Shown here: positions 12,331-24,538 of the stretch, piece after piece
Layout of the letters: each line of letters opens with the position of its first letter
How positions within the stretch are numbered: position 1 is the stretch's first letter
Source: Stylophora pistillata
Taxonomy: Eukaryota
Assembly (NCBI RefSeq): GCF_002571385.2
Contig: NW_019217804.1
Span: 965,450 to 1,029,449 of the forward strand
DNA: 64,000 nt
Direction: 5' to 3'
Notes under the pieces: model-generated
Databases searched by the model: none
Seen by the model: the letters and a program-made list of their open reading frames with translations, nothing else
Told to the model about the DNA's origin: nothing
Position numbers and translations under genes: made by a program

Positions 12331-13608
12331 CCGTATTTATTTGCCTATAAGCCGAGCGATTTTTCCAACAAATTAAACTGAGAACAGGTAAATTCTCGCC
12401 AAGGTAGGGGGTTCGGCTTATAGCCGAGTATTTTCGCCAAAAAATATTTACGGGTGCTTAAGAAGATTCGAAATTCAATGTTTATTCGACTATAAGCCAA
12501 GCGATTATCAACAAACACAAATTTCTCGAATCGCTTAGGAGTTTCATCCATATTGAACAGCCTGGAGAGCGAATGGCCATACCGCTGCCGAAGTGCGATC
12601 ACGAACCGATGGAACTGGATGATCTTTTCTTCCAGATCTTGTGGGAGTCGCTGTGCCAGGGTTGTCTTAGTGCGAAGGCTGATAGAATGGCGCTTTTTCC
12701 ATCTCTGGTACCAACCCAGTGAGGCTTTGAAGTCTGGATCACTGCTCAACTCCTTCGCTTTTAGCCGTAGAATTAATCTGCTCACAGCAATTCCTGTAAA
12801 AGATAAAGGAGATCAATTGTTTGACTTGTTTTAACAACATGAAAAACTGGCCAATCAGAAGCGGTCGGTCCCACGGTTTGTGTAGACATTGCAACACGAT
12901 CTGACAGATATCAGCTGATCGAAGCTTTTCATTGTTTTAAAGAAGCGAAAGACTTACCTTGACTCCCCTGCTCTGAAAACCAGTGCAGTAGTGTTTGATC
13001 CAATTCAGGATACTTTGGCGAAAAGCAGCCCATCGTCTTTCGCTTTGCTGACATTTTAAGCTCACCATTAAACAGGTTCGCTTGATCTTTTCGCCAGCGA
13101 CGCACCATCGATTCACTGATTCCGAAATCTCTAGCGATCTCGGAGTTGTTTTCGACGGCCTCTGCTTCAGCAACGACTTTTAGTTTGAACGCTAAGTTGT
13201 ATGAAGAACGACGAACTTTCGGCATGATGATCGATTACGATAACTTTGAAAGAGAGCTATTGTTTGAGACAGGATTCTGAACTCAGGTGAATGTTTTGTT
13301 ATGTCACGCATGGTTCTATTTATTTACACATTAAATTCAACTTATCTGTGATTTGTTGTTACTTTCAATTAAACGACCAATAACAACTGAGTAAATAACC
13401 TACTTTTTGGTTGCATGTTTCCCGAGAGGGAAGCTCCTTTTGTTTTCGGTTTATGTTAATTCATCTCAGTTAACGACACGCGTGGAGTACTTTGCAATTA
13501 TTAGGTCTCGGCTTATAGCCGAATGTTTTGTGATTATTTTTTATTTCAATGCAACAGCTGCTGACATGAAGAAGTTTAGGGTCTCGGCTTATAGGCGAGT
13601 AAATACGG
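12331..13608 (-). mobile_element. pogo/Tigger-like (Tc1/mariner superfamily) internally deleted DNA transposon
   Basis: ~26-bp TIRs CCGTATTTA...TATAAGCCGAG and TA TSD at 12329-30 and 13609-10. It encodes a Brinker-type HTH, a CENP-B HTH and the first DDE motif NMDETP before being truncated. GT-AG intron at 12794-12957. Confidence 0.92.
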
Positions 13609-13885
13609 TAAGACTGAAGAAAACTTAGCGCTTTCCAAAAGATATTGATGAAAACCTCTTTCTGCTTTTGACAGTTAAGAAATAAAAGATCAGTGCAAAG
13701 GCGGGTGAGGGGAAGTCACAAAAATTTCACAATTTACTTTGAAAAGAAAAGCAGATTTTTATAATCACTACACTGATCTTATTCCAGCAAATTTCCAAAA
13801 ATAATTTTCTGAAGCAAAGTGGCTGAAAAAACCCGAGATAAAATTTTATGAAAATTTTATTAAAAAATTTCTATTTTTATAAAAA

Positions 13886-15867
13886 ATGGAGAACTGGAAT
13901 GTTAAAGAATTAAGAGCGGAGGCAAAACGACTCAGGCAAAAAAAATATTCAAGCCTCAGAAAGCAGGAGTTGATTGAGTTGATATCAAACATTATTGACC
14001 ACCCAATTCCAGCAGATTTCAATGCTCCAATTGTCAGACCAAGGAGAAATTCTGGACAGCAAAGAACGCAGACGCTGGCGCAGTTGCTGACGCTTGATCT
14101 GCAAGAACAAAGGAGATGAGAAATAAGAGAGATTGAAGAGATGCTTGGATTGAGATGCAGTCGCATAGGCTTAACAACTTCAGATTTTTAAGATGTTGCA
14201 GATGAATGGAATGAGTTTATTGAAAACTACGAAAATAATCCATTTTCAGTTCGAGACAGCGGACAGTGGCGGACCCACGAGTCAGCATCTGCATTGAGAG
14301 GATTCGCAAGGCACTTCAGAAGAGATGGAGTTGAGGGTTTTGGGCGAAGTCAGTTTATGCAGGAGGCAAAACCGGCAGTCTTGTAGATGTGTTTGAAGAG
14401 GTCAGAAATGTCTGCTTTGAGAATTACAATCTCAATCCTGCTTGGTATTACACTGCTCCTGGATTGGCTTGGGATGCAGCATTGAAGGTGACAAAGGTTG
14501 AGGTTGAGCTTTGAGTGATCCAGACATGCTTCTGATGTTTGAGAAGGGAATTCGTGAAGGAATCTCAATGATCCCAAATTGCTATGGAAAAGCAAATAAC
14601 AAATACATGAATTTAAAGTTTGACATAGAAAAACCATCAAAATATCTTACTCATCTTGATGCAAACAATCTTTATGGATGGGCAATGTGCAAACCTCTTC
14701 CTGTCAGAGGTTTCAAATGGATGAATCAAGCAGAGATTGGAGACTGGAGAGCGAGCGAGGGAAACACTCTCTGCATTCTTGAGGTGGATCTTGAATACCC
14801 AAAAGAGCTTCATGATCTTCACAATGATTATCTTCTTGCTCCAGAGAGAATCATGATCAGCTCAAACAAAGTTGAGAAGATACAATGATGAATACATCAT
14901 ACGTAAAGTTGAGAAGCTTGTGCCAAATATGAACGATAAGAAGAAATATATCATCCATCACCAGAATCTCAAACAGTGTCTTGAACTCGATGTGAGACTG
15001 AAAAAGATTCACAGAGGTATCAAATTTGAAGAAGAACCTTGGCTGAAAAGTTATAGAACTCAACACAAATTTGCACACGAATGCAAAGAATGAATTTGAA
15101 AAGGATTTCTTCAAGTTGAGGAACAACTCTGTGTTTGGAAACACAGTGGAAAATATCAGGAAACGAGTTGATGTGAGGCTTCTCGACAATCAAAAGAAAG
15201 CACAAGAGCTTTCAGCAAAATCAAACTTCAAGCATTGCACAATATTTGACGAAAATGTCATTGCAACACATATGGGGAGAAGATCAATGAAGTTCGACAA
15301 GCCAATTTTTGTGGAATGGCTATTCTTGATATCATCAAGACTTTGATGTATGACTTCCACTACAACTACATGAAAAAGAAATATGGAGATAACGCTGATA
15401 GTCTCATGTACGAGATTGAAACTGAAGACTTTTACAAGTACATAGCAGCAGGTGTGGAAGAAAAGTTTGACACCAGCAACTTTCCAAAAGACCACATTTC
15501 AAAGATCCCAACTGGTTGCAACAAGAAAGTTGTGGGCACGATGAAAGATGAGGCTGGTGGAAAGGTCATTGAGGAGTTTGTTGGATTGAGAGAAAAACTT
15601 TACAGCTACAAGATTCTTGAGGGCAAAGAAGAGAAGCGCAAGGGAATCAAGAAGACTGTAATAAAGAAGAATATAACTCATGAAGACTACAAAAAGTGCT
15701 TATTTAGTGGAAAGATACAAATGAGAAAGTTGAATGTAATCAGATCGCACAGACATGAGATATTCAGTGAGACCATCAACAAGATTGCTTTGAGTGCAAA
15801 TGATGATAAGAGAATCATAAGAGAAGACAAGATCTCAACTTTTTTACATGGCCACTATAAAATATGA
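13886..15867 (+). pseudogene. Protein-primed family B DNA polymerase (pPolB), degenerate, with an N-terminal Rho-N-like HEH motif
   Basis: HLDANNLYGWAM, LEVDLEYPKELHDLHNDY, KDFFKLRNNSVFG, damaged YxDTDS (YGDNADS), KDE...EFVGLR.K.YS and ALSANDDKR. Multiple frameshifts and the exonuclease domain largely deleted. Confidence 0.88.
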
Positions 15868-16472
15868 ATCCTCAGAATATTTCTTTCAATGCATTAATAG
15901 TTGGACCAACAAATTCAGGAAAGACAAAATATGTCGTCAATCTTTTGAGTGATAAATTCAATCAGAAATTCGATTACATTTTTTTGATTTGTCCAACATT
16001 CATCCAGAACAAAACTTATGATAATTTTTGAGATTTAGACAAAGACCTCTTTATCTCGACTCCACTCCAAAATCAGATTGATTTTTGTTTCAAGCTCGTT
16101 AGTTTTGCTTATGAGGGAACTAATACACTTATCATCCTTGATGACTGTGCAGCTTCAAAAGACGTGAAGCAGAGGACAAATGAACTCGTGAATTTAGCAT
16201 TCAGCGCAAGACATAAGGGAATCAGCATTTGGGTGCTGACACAGCAGATGACAAGTATCGCAAAACCATTCAGAGAAAACATTGCTGCACTGGTTCTATT
16301 CTACACACATTCAGCTAAGGACATGAAGGCGACATTTGATGATTATGTATGTGATTTGACGAAAGAGGAGCAAATTGAATTAATAGCAAAGCTGAAGAAT
16401 GAGAAATATTCTCATCTGATTTTATCACTTTGCCATCCCTTCGATATAAATTTTGAAAAAGAAATAAAATAG
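15864..16472 (+). pseudogene. A32/FtsK-like DNA packaging ATPase, premature stop
   Basis: The ATG overlaps the pPolB stop (ATGA). Walker A is IVGPTNSGKT, Walker B is LIILDD, with downstream ARHKGISIWVLTQ and RENI motifs. Confidence 0.85.
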
Positions 16473-16474
16473 AG

Positions 16475-16985
16475 ATGAGCGAAGCGAGCAAAGAACAAAA
16501 AGCAATCACAGATATTATTGCTATGAACATTCTTGAAGCAGAACCAACAAGTGATTCAGATTATCGTGAGCAACTTGATGTTCTCGTTGTGAGTGGAAGA
16601 GCAAAGGAAATAATTGGTGTTTCTCTCACCCAGGATCAAGTCAAAAGGCTCTCTGAAAAAGGATGTTGAGAAGTACTTCAATAGATATGAAGCCTCAATC
16701 TCTTTAAAGACTTGCGATGCGATAGTCGACATATTTCTTCAGCTTTCGTGTAAAGTGTTGGCGTATTTTCTCCCTGTTGATGAGGGAAAACTCATGAAAG
16801 ACCTGAACAATGACTTCATTGTGAAGAGAGAACTCGGAATGATTGGAGGAAGTTTGAGTCTGAAGTATGGAAAGTACATGGCAATCACAAGTGCTGCTCT
16901 TCTCACTGCCAAAAATGTTGAAGTTCCCTTAATACCAAATGTGGTTAATGTTGAAGTAGAAAGTAATTGTGAAGAACCTGAGTAA
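16475..16985 (+). pseudogene. Viral-element hypothetical protein downstream of the ATPase, frameshifted
   Basis: Two overlapping ORFs (64 and 123 aa) start immediately after the ATPase stop. Confidence 0.5.
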
Positions 16986-17519
16986 GAACTTGAATAAGAA
17001 CTTGAATAAGAACTTAAAAATAATGTGACAAGAAATAAAATGGAAGAAAAAGAATCTCAAGATCCAGTAGAGCAGTCGCCACCAACACAACAGCCGGCAG
17101 AGCCGTCGCAGTCACCGCCAGCACAAGTCACTTCAACTGATTAAAATAAGACGAAACTGAAAAAAGATCCAGGGCGTGTTGTTGCTGGGAAAAAACTTGC
17201 TGAACATAACAGAAGAGTTACAGAGCAAAAAAACGGGAGTGCTTCAAAGCAGCCAAACCTAGAGCCAGAACCAAAACCAGAGCCATCATCATCATCATCA
17301 TTCTCACTCACTCAGACAAGTTCTTTCAGTAGCAAGTATTGTTCTGGACTACTATAAAAGGAAAGAGTTGATGGAGCTCGTAAAATCACGACCAAACCCA
17401 GAACTAGAGCCAGAAACAAGGCAAATTCAGTGCGTCTCTGCGGGGGAATCAGCGGAGTTGCCTCAAATTCCAAAAGGAGTAAAGCCAATGGATTGATTTT
17501 TTTTGTCTTCGAAATAAAA

Positions 17520-17734
17520 ATGTGTGATAATACAGTTGTGAAAACTTCGACTGATTCAGCTACATTGACTGGATTGGCTGCTGGAATTCGATGGGTAGCA
17601 AAGAGAGTTATCTAAGAACCGATGACTTCTGATATGAGTTCAAATCTCATGAACTATGTAAAGTTCACTCTCGTGATCACTGGATCAATCGCAGCAAAAA
17701 ATACCTTGACGAACAGAAGATTTTGCCATCTTAA
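17520..17734 (+). pseudogene. Small (~70 aa) two-hydrophobic-segment viral-element protein, disrupted
   Basis: MCDNTVVKTSTDSATLTGLAAGIRWVAKRVI*EPMTSDMSSNLMNYVKFTLVITGSIAAK. Confidence 0.45.
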
Positions 17735-17929
17735 GAAACCCATTTAAGTTCGCGGCGACAATGCAGACTAACTCAATGGAGATAGCAGGTTTAGTTGTTT
17801 TAGCAACGTCTCCTACGTGGTTGACTTGTCACTTGTCACATAGGGCTCATTCATTGATATTTTCAAGTTTGAACAATTTTGGGACTGGCTTTGTGGCATT
17901 GTGATGAAAGAAACCGTATTTCTTCCCAG

Positions 17930-18290
17930 TAAAGTAAAGTCAAATCCTTTATTTAAGGCACAGTCAGAGTGTAAGCATTACATGCGTGTGGGGTCGTGTA
18001 TCTAACTAACTCACATAATAAGCCTACTATAAACGTGAATGAAATATATAAATGATGAACTTTGGCTTTTGAGTAGATCCATGGCATCTTTAAAATGTAA
18101 AAGCTCAGTTACCAACCTATCACAAATCTGATTTCCCTAAGTGTGGGGTCAAATTGCCTTTGAATAAAATTGTTGAAAACCACCTGGATTATTAAAATAG
18201 TCTGAGACACAATTCCACAGTACAGCTCCTCTGTAATGAACAGAATTCTTCATAACAGAAGTGAAACATTGTGGAACGGTGGCCTTTTTA
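17930..18290 (-). mobile_element. LINE (L2/CR1 group) 3' fragment
   Basis: ORF2 tail-like VP...MKNSVHYRGAVLWN, then a 3' UTR with a short repeat tail (AAAGT units on +). Confidence 0.5.
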
Positions 18291-19884
18291 TGTCCACCAG
18301 GGATGGATACCCTCTCCCTGATTCAGCCTACTAGAAGCTCCACTATGGTAATGGCAGACTGCTGATGCCGCAACGCACCAAACTACGTTAACACAATGGT
18401 GCTTCGTATGGGTACAGTGTCCTAAACATAACACGTTCTCTCTACCATCTGAAGCTGGTTCAAGCTGCAGGAAATCCATTGCTACTACTTCCAATGGTTT
18501 GGAGGCAAGGATGCTTGTCATTGGGGTCTTGACTGGTAGGTAGGGCTCCTTTGCTACAATACAACGCTTGCTCTCAGACAGGTACTTTCTAATGTAGCCA
18601 TGTAGTCCAGGCCACCAGCAGCGTTCGCGTACTAACTGCTCTGTCCGTTCAGCTCGCTGATGGCCACACTGATCATGGAGACCTTTCAGGAGTTCATCAC
18701 AGAGAGCAGCAGGAAGAAGTAGCTGTGATTGCTTGCTGCCATGGCTGTCTGAACTGTTGCGATAGAGCAGTCCTTTCTTCGTTACTATTTTGTCCACTGC
18801 TTGAGAAGTTGCTTTACTTCATGGGTCTCAACTTTCTTTTCCCTTGGCATAGGCCTCCGACCAATGGCACAGTAGTGGGTTAGGTGCTTAATGGCAGCAT
18901 CAACACTCTGCAACCTTGCTAGTTGCTTAACATTCCAGGAGGATACTGGACTGGTACTGTACTCTTGCGGGGGATCCACTATTAATTGATTAACTACCGC
19001 ACTGAAGTTGTCTTGCTGGGAAACTGTAAATTGAAGTAGTTGCCCTTGAAGAGATTCAGGTAAGACTGTAGTACTGAGGGTTGCTGCCAACAATGACTCG
19101 ATTTGATCTATGTCCCGCTCTTCAGGCTTCTCCCGATTGAAGCAACTTAGAGCATCTGCATTTGCGTTGTGATTTCCAGCATGGTACTTGATAGTAAAGG
19201 TAAAGTTCGCCAATTGAGACACCCAGCGTTGTTCAACAGCCTTCAGGTAAGTCAGTGGGTTGTTGTCGGTCAGCACTGTGAAGGTGGAGGAGGTCAAGCA
19301 CTCTTGGAACTTTTCTGTGACAACCCACTTGAGAGCAAGGAGTTCCAGCTTTCTGGAGGAGTAGTTCTCCATGTTCCTCTCTGCTCCCCCTAGGGCACTG
19401 CTAACATAGGTTATTGGCCTAACCTTTCCATCCTGCTCCTGTGATGACACTGCTCCAAGGCCTTTGTTAGATGCATCAACCTCCATGTTAAAGGGTTGTG
19501 TGTACACTGCGTAGGCCAACACTGGAGGGCTGGTCAAGGCTTGCTTCAGGGATTCGAATGCGTTCTAGCACTCTGCTCCAATCACACTCGACCGACTTGC
19601 CTCTTAATTTACCGTGCCCTCCACTTTCATACAGTTTGTTCCCCAGCTAGGGTAGAGGTCTTGCTAGCTGGGCAAAGTGGGGAACAAATCTGCGGTAGTA
19701 GGAGGTGAAGCCGAGAAATGATCTCAGGTCCTTCAGGGTCTTTGGTTTTGGCCAGTTAGTAACTACCTCTGTCTTTACGGGGTTAGTGGCCACACCATCA
19801 GCTGACACCACATGTCCGGTTGTATTCAAACAACTCGAACTGGGTGGTGAAGCCTGTCTTATGTCTGTCCTCAGGTGCAACTTC

Positions 19885-22800
19885 TGAATGATGACAATCT
19901 TTAATGAGGAAACTTTTTCACTAAAAAGTGGTTTACAAAAAGGACCTCGAAAATTAAAAATTAAAAATTTACAATGAATAAAAATGCTAAAAGATGCTAC
20001 TAAAAACTAATGTATCTTATGTGTAATACAAAACTTAAATCAATTGATTAAAAATCTTACGCTTCAAAATATTTACATTATCAGCGGCTCGTATAGTTTT
20101 GTCCAGCGAGTTAAAATCACTTACAGCATGATAGCCAGTTCTTTGTTTGCCCCAGTTTCTTTTAACGGATGGAATTTTGAGGTTTGCTTTATTTCTTGTG
20201 TTGTAACTATGCTGTTCTTGCTGAGTGACTAATGTTAGTTCGTGATGCGTGAGACTATTAAGACATTTATATACATGTACGCATCGGCGCTGGAAGCGCC
20301 TTTTTTCTAGTGTTAACCACTTCAGTGTAGTTAACGCATCAGACGCAGAGGAATACAGTGGTCGATCTAATATTATTTTAGCCGCCTTATTTTGAAGCAC
20401 TTGCAAACTAGACATTAAAGTTACATTATGTTTGTCTCCCCAAACTAAATCAGCATACTCGAATAAGGGCATAACAAGGCTTTTATAAAAAAGGATGCGC
20501 GCCTTAAACGGTAACAAATGCTTAATGCGTCTAAGTAGGCCAAGCCTTTGATTAACTTTCCCTGCCATGTATTCGACATGATTTGTCCACGAAAAATCAG
20601 ACGATATTAAGATTCCAAGATATTTAAAACAAGTAACATTGTTTATACAATGATCAAAAATTGAAACAGTTAGAGCTATTTTCCTCTGTAACTTCTTGTT
20701 ACTGCCTATGAGCATGCATTTGGTTTTGTCCAGATTCAGTGTTAACTTATGTTCATTCAGCCATTTCGCCACAGCCAGGAGGTCTTGGTTGAGCTTTTCA
20801 GTCAGCTCCTGAGAGGAAGACCCATAGCAGTAGATCACCGTGTCATCTGCATAAAGTGATGCTTGACAGGCATCTAGAACGCTTGGCAAATCGTTAATGT
20901 AGATGACAAATAGCAGAGGACCCAGAATACTTCCCTGAGGGACCCCATGGGTAACTGGCAATTCATCAGACAACTCATTCCCACAACATGTACGCTGTTT
21001 CCTGTCAGTAATGTAAGAGCGGAACCACTGAAGCGAGTTCTCACATAAACCAATTTTGGAGAGCTTGCGTAACAAAATCCGATGGTCCACAGTGTCGAAA
21101 GCCTTGGTTAAATCCAAAAACACGGCCCCACACAGTTTACCTTGTTCCATGTTCAATAAGACTTCATCAGCAAATGATGTCAAAGCAGATTCAGTAGAGA
21201 GCCCCTTCCTGAATCCAAACTGTTTCCTTGTGAGAAGGTTGTTAATTACCAAGTGCTGGTACAGCTGGGAATGCACGGCTTTCTCGAGAATTTTACTGAG
21301 TGTCGGTAAAATAGAGATAGGTCGATAGTTCGATGCATTTGACCGGTCGCCTGATTTAAACAAGGCTGTAATTTTTGAGCATTTCCACAATTTAGGAAAT
21401 TTACCAGTAAGAATCGATCGATTCAACAGCTTAGTGATGGAGGGAGTGATTGTATTAGCAGAGCTCTTGAGTAGTCTAGCACTAATTTTGTCCAAACCAA
21501 TTGCTTTATTTGTCTTCAAAGAGGTAAGCTGCTGAAACACAAACGATTCCTCTAGTTCAGTTAACTGGAACTGAGACAACGGTTGTTCTAAAACCAAGTT
21601 GCAATTCGACCAGGTAGTCGTTATTTTGTCAGCTAGGCGCTTGCCTATGGATGCAAAGAAGCTATTCAAAGCAACAGCAATGGATTTGGAAGTGGTGTGC
21701 TGAATGCCATCGGAAATGATGCACTGAACCTTTTCTGAGGATGAATTACGATTGCATGCTTCGTTTACAGCTTTCCACATTTTGCCGTGATCTCCTCTGG
21801 CTTCCTCGATCATTTCGCAGTAATATTTCGACTTAGCAGATTTTACTAAGCGGTTTACTTTGTTCCTCAGTTTCCTGTAAGTGTTCCAGTGCTTTTCTGA
21901 GTTCGATTTACGTGCTTTACGATGATACCAGTCTCGATCTCTCATTGATTCGCTAATTTTGCTATTCATCCAAGGAATAGGTGTTCCCTTCACACGTCGT
22001 CGTTTGACAGGTGCATGATCGTCTGCAACTTCTGAAAACAGTTTGTTCCAAGTTAATAAAGCGTCATCGATATTGTTTTCATTGTCAACGACGTGCCAAG
22101 GAACATTCCTAAGATCTTCGTTAAATGAATTCGCATCGAAATTCTTGTAAGAGCGATACTCAAACATTCTTGGATGTGCTTTTGTGTGCACACCAGTCTT
22201 TAGAATGCAAAACACCAGGTAATGGTCGCTCAATGGAAACGGAACAACACCAGATTTTACAATACGATGTTCATTATTGACAAAAATCAGGTCAATCAAG
22301 GTCCGTGAGGTGTCAGATATTCGAGTAGGCTCTTTTATCAGCTGTGTGAAGTCAAAAGCGCGCGAGAAGGTGAGAAGTAGTTGTTTGTCTTTCTTGGGCG
22401 ATTTTGAATTAGGCATCATGTTTGCGTTTAGATCTCCTAAAATGATCACATCCGATTTTTCAAGATCAACAGCAGGCATACTATCTCGCAGAGACGAAAT
22501 AAAAGTGCAGAGATCGGCATCTGGTGCTCTATAAGCGCAGCATAATAACGTTGGCTTACATTTATCTCGAATTAACTCAATCCATAAACATTCCTGTCCA
22601 CCAGTATTGATATCATTCCGCAAACGAAACGCCACATCTTCTCTTACATACATAGCAACTCCGCCATATCCCTCTTTATTGCCAGTGCGATCTAACCTTA
22701 TGCACACAAATCCAGGGAGTTTTATTTCAGCATCACTTGTTGAGGAATCCAGCCAAGTCTCGGACAGAGTTAGCATGTCAAAAGTTTTGTTGTTAATTCC

Positions 22801-23017
22801 CTCAAGACGCAGAGAGTCGGTTTTGTTTGCGAGACTTCGTATATTCAAGTGAGCAATCTTGAGACCTCTAGTGGACTTGATATCAGCAAATGTCTGGTAG
22901 CCGGGATTAATCTCAATGTCACCAGCAAGAGCAATAAGAGTCAAAGCAAAACAGGCACGATGAAAAAGCTTACAAAGCATAACACTCTTCAGTCGTCCAT
23001 TAGACTCTTGCCTCTTA
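19885..23017 (-). mobile_element. 5'-truncated L2/CR1-group LINE with intact ORF2
   Basis: Inserted between Gypsy RT codons QVE|VAPED with AGAA duplicated at both junctions. The 3' UTR ends ATTAAAGATTGTCATCATTC. Confidence 0.9.
20035..22980 (-). CDS. LINE ORF2: APE endonuclease plus reverse transcriptase (981 aa)
   Basis: Uninterrupted ORF with APE motifs (HLNIRSL, LSETWL, GDLN, LIDLIF, SDH) and RT motifs (NYRPISIL, FLDLTKAFD, GVPQGSILGP, YADD, YLG). Confidence 0.95.
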   Translation of the reverse strand: MLCKLFHRACFALTLIALAGDIEINPGYQTFADIKSTRGLKIAHLNIRSLANKTDSLRLEGINNKTFDMLTLSETWLDSSTSDAEIKLPGFVCIRLDRTGNKEGYGGVAMYVREDVAFRLRNDINTGGQECLWIELIRDKCKPTLLCCAYRAPDADLCTFISSLRDSMPAVDLEKSDVIILGDLNANMMPNSKSPKKDKQLLLTFSRAFDFTQLIKEPTRISDTSRTLIDLIFVNNEHRIVKSGVVPFPLSDHYLVFCILKTGVHTKAHPRMFEYRSYKNFDANSFNEDLRNVPWHVVDNENNIDDALLTWNKLFSEVADDHAPVKRRRVKGTPIPWMNSKISESMRDRDWYHRKARKSNSEKHWNTYRKLRNKVNRLVKSAKSKYYCEMIEEARGDHGKMWKAVNEACNRNSSSEKVQCIISDGIQHTTSKSIAVALNSFFASIGKRLADKITTTWSNCNLVLEQPLSQFQLTELEESFVFQQLTSLKTNKAIGLDKISARLLKSSANTITPSITKLLNRSILTGKFPKLWKCSKITALFKSGDRSNASNYRPISILPTLSKILEKAVHSQLYQHLVINNLLTRKQFGFRKGLSTESALTSFADEVLLNMEQGKLCGAVFLDLTKAFDTVDHRILLRKLSKIGLCENSLQWFRSYITDRKQRTCCGNELSDELPVTHGVPQGSILGPLLFVIYINDLPSVLDACQASLYADDTVIYCYGSSSQELTEKLNQDLLAVAKWLNEHKLTLNLDKTKCMLIGSNKKLQRKIALTVSIFDHCINNVTCFKYLGILISSDFSWTNHVEYMAGKVNQRLGLLRRIKHLLPFKARILFYKSLVMPLFEYADLVWGDKHNVTLMSSLQVLQNKAAKIILDRPLYSSASDALTTLKWLTLEKRRFQRRCVHVYKCLNSLTHHELTLVTQQEQHSYNTRNKANLKIPSVKRNWGKQRTGYHAVSDFNSLDKTIRAADNVNILKRKIFNQLI

Positions 23018-24271
23018 TTCTACCTGATTATATGCAGAGGCCAGGTCAATTGTAGAGAACAGTCTAGCACCACCCAACACATAAAGGGACTCTTCAATGC
23101 TAGGCAAAGGGAAAGCATCTCATTTTACTTTGGTGTTCAACTGTTGGTAATCCACGCACATGCGCAGGGCACCATTCTTCTTGTGGACCAGCACAACAGG
23201 TGAGGCATAGTTGTTCTGGCTTGGCCTGATAACGCCTTTGTCCAGTAGATCTTGTAGATGCTCCTTGCCCTCAGTCAGCTGATTCACTGGGATGTCATCA
23301 CATGTGGGTATCTGATCCTGCAGGACTTTGGTTCTGCCTAGGCTGCTTTCATCACTGGCAAACACATATGCATAGGTACTGAAAATCCGCAATGCTTCTC
23401 GCCTCTCGTCTGAAGTACCCAGAAAGTCTTTTAAGCTAATCTCTGCAGGAAGGTCTCGTTCACAAGGGGGGCGTACAGGCTTACTCGGCTCTAGGGAGGA
23501 GGCCCCCCGGGAACTCTACTCCTGGTGAACACTTCATTAATCTGAACTTGGAGCTTCAGCTGGTCCCCACTGGTCACCTTTCCAGCACCTTTTACCGTTC
23601 CAAGACGTGTTCTTGGCTTTAGCCATACATCTCTCCGGAAAGGGTTTGCCACTAGGATGAGGAAACAAGTCTTGGAGGCATCTAACAGGGTATTGGCCAC
23701 CTGAAGATTTCCTGGTACTGGTACATTAAGGGTTCGACCAGGGCACTATGACCACAGGCTGGACCACTGACAGCTACACTGGCCACTGAATTCAAGGAGA
23801 TGAGGACTGGGTATGTACCAAGAACATGGACAAAACCAGAGAAAGGGTTTCTGACATTCTTGATTCAGCATTGGGATGTTGTTGGAGCAGTGCACCAAAC
23901 TGGGTATCTGTGCTAGCATGTTTGTTCTGAGGAGTTCTGGTACGTTTTTCTCTGTTTGTTAGTGGCTGAGCGTCTTTAAAGACTAGTACACAGCATCTGG
24001 GCACTTTAACCCCGTCAACCTCTATCGTCAGCTCCAAGTAACCAAGGTATGGTATCTCAAGGCCATTGGCAGCCCGCAGGGTGAGCATCTGGCCATCATC
24101 CCTCGCACGCCCACAGTTTGGCTTGAGATTTCTTTTGTAAAAGTCCTGTGACAAAGGATACCATGGAGCCTGAGTCCAGGACACAGAGCACGTCAATACC
24201 ACTAACTTTTGCTTGGACTGTCAGGTACCTCCGACCAAGTGTATTGGCATGCTGTCTGGTGTAGATAGGGG

Positions 24272-24538
24272 TGTCAGGAATCTTTCAATTGCTTCTAACA
24301 CGAGAGATTTTCCCGATAATATTCACGTTAAAATGACCCACAGATTCGACTCACTTAACTATTTTTAATGTCCCAAAGCCAAAAACTCGCTCAATCACAC
24401 CTCGCCTCGCACATGGTTATTTTTTTCCTTAAAATCTAATCTTACATCACGTGATTACAGCCAATCAATGGGTAACGAGAACAAAGGGAACAAAGTTCAC
24501 TTTCACAGAGTGACAGTCACGCAGTCCAATTCTCAACA
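24272..24538 (-). repeat. BEL 3' LTR
   Basis: Direct repeat of 29860-30126, with about 16 substitutions in 267 bp by manual comparison. Confidence 0.93.

Larger units (their letters stand above)
9871..17740. mobile_element. Decayed Polinton/Maverick-like (adintovirus/MELD-like) endogenous viral element fragment
   Basis: Compact intronless gene array containing protein-primed PolB, an A32-like packaging ATPase and small membrane/DNA-binding ORFs. No TIRs, capsid or integrase were recognised. Confidence 0.8.
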
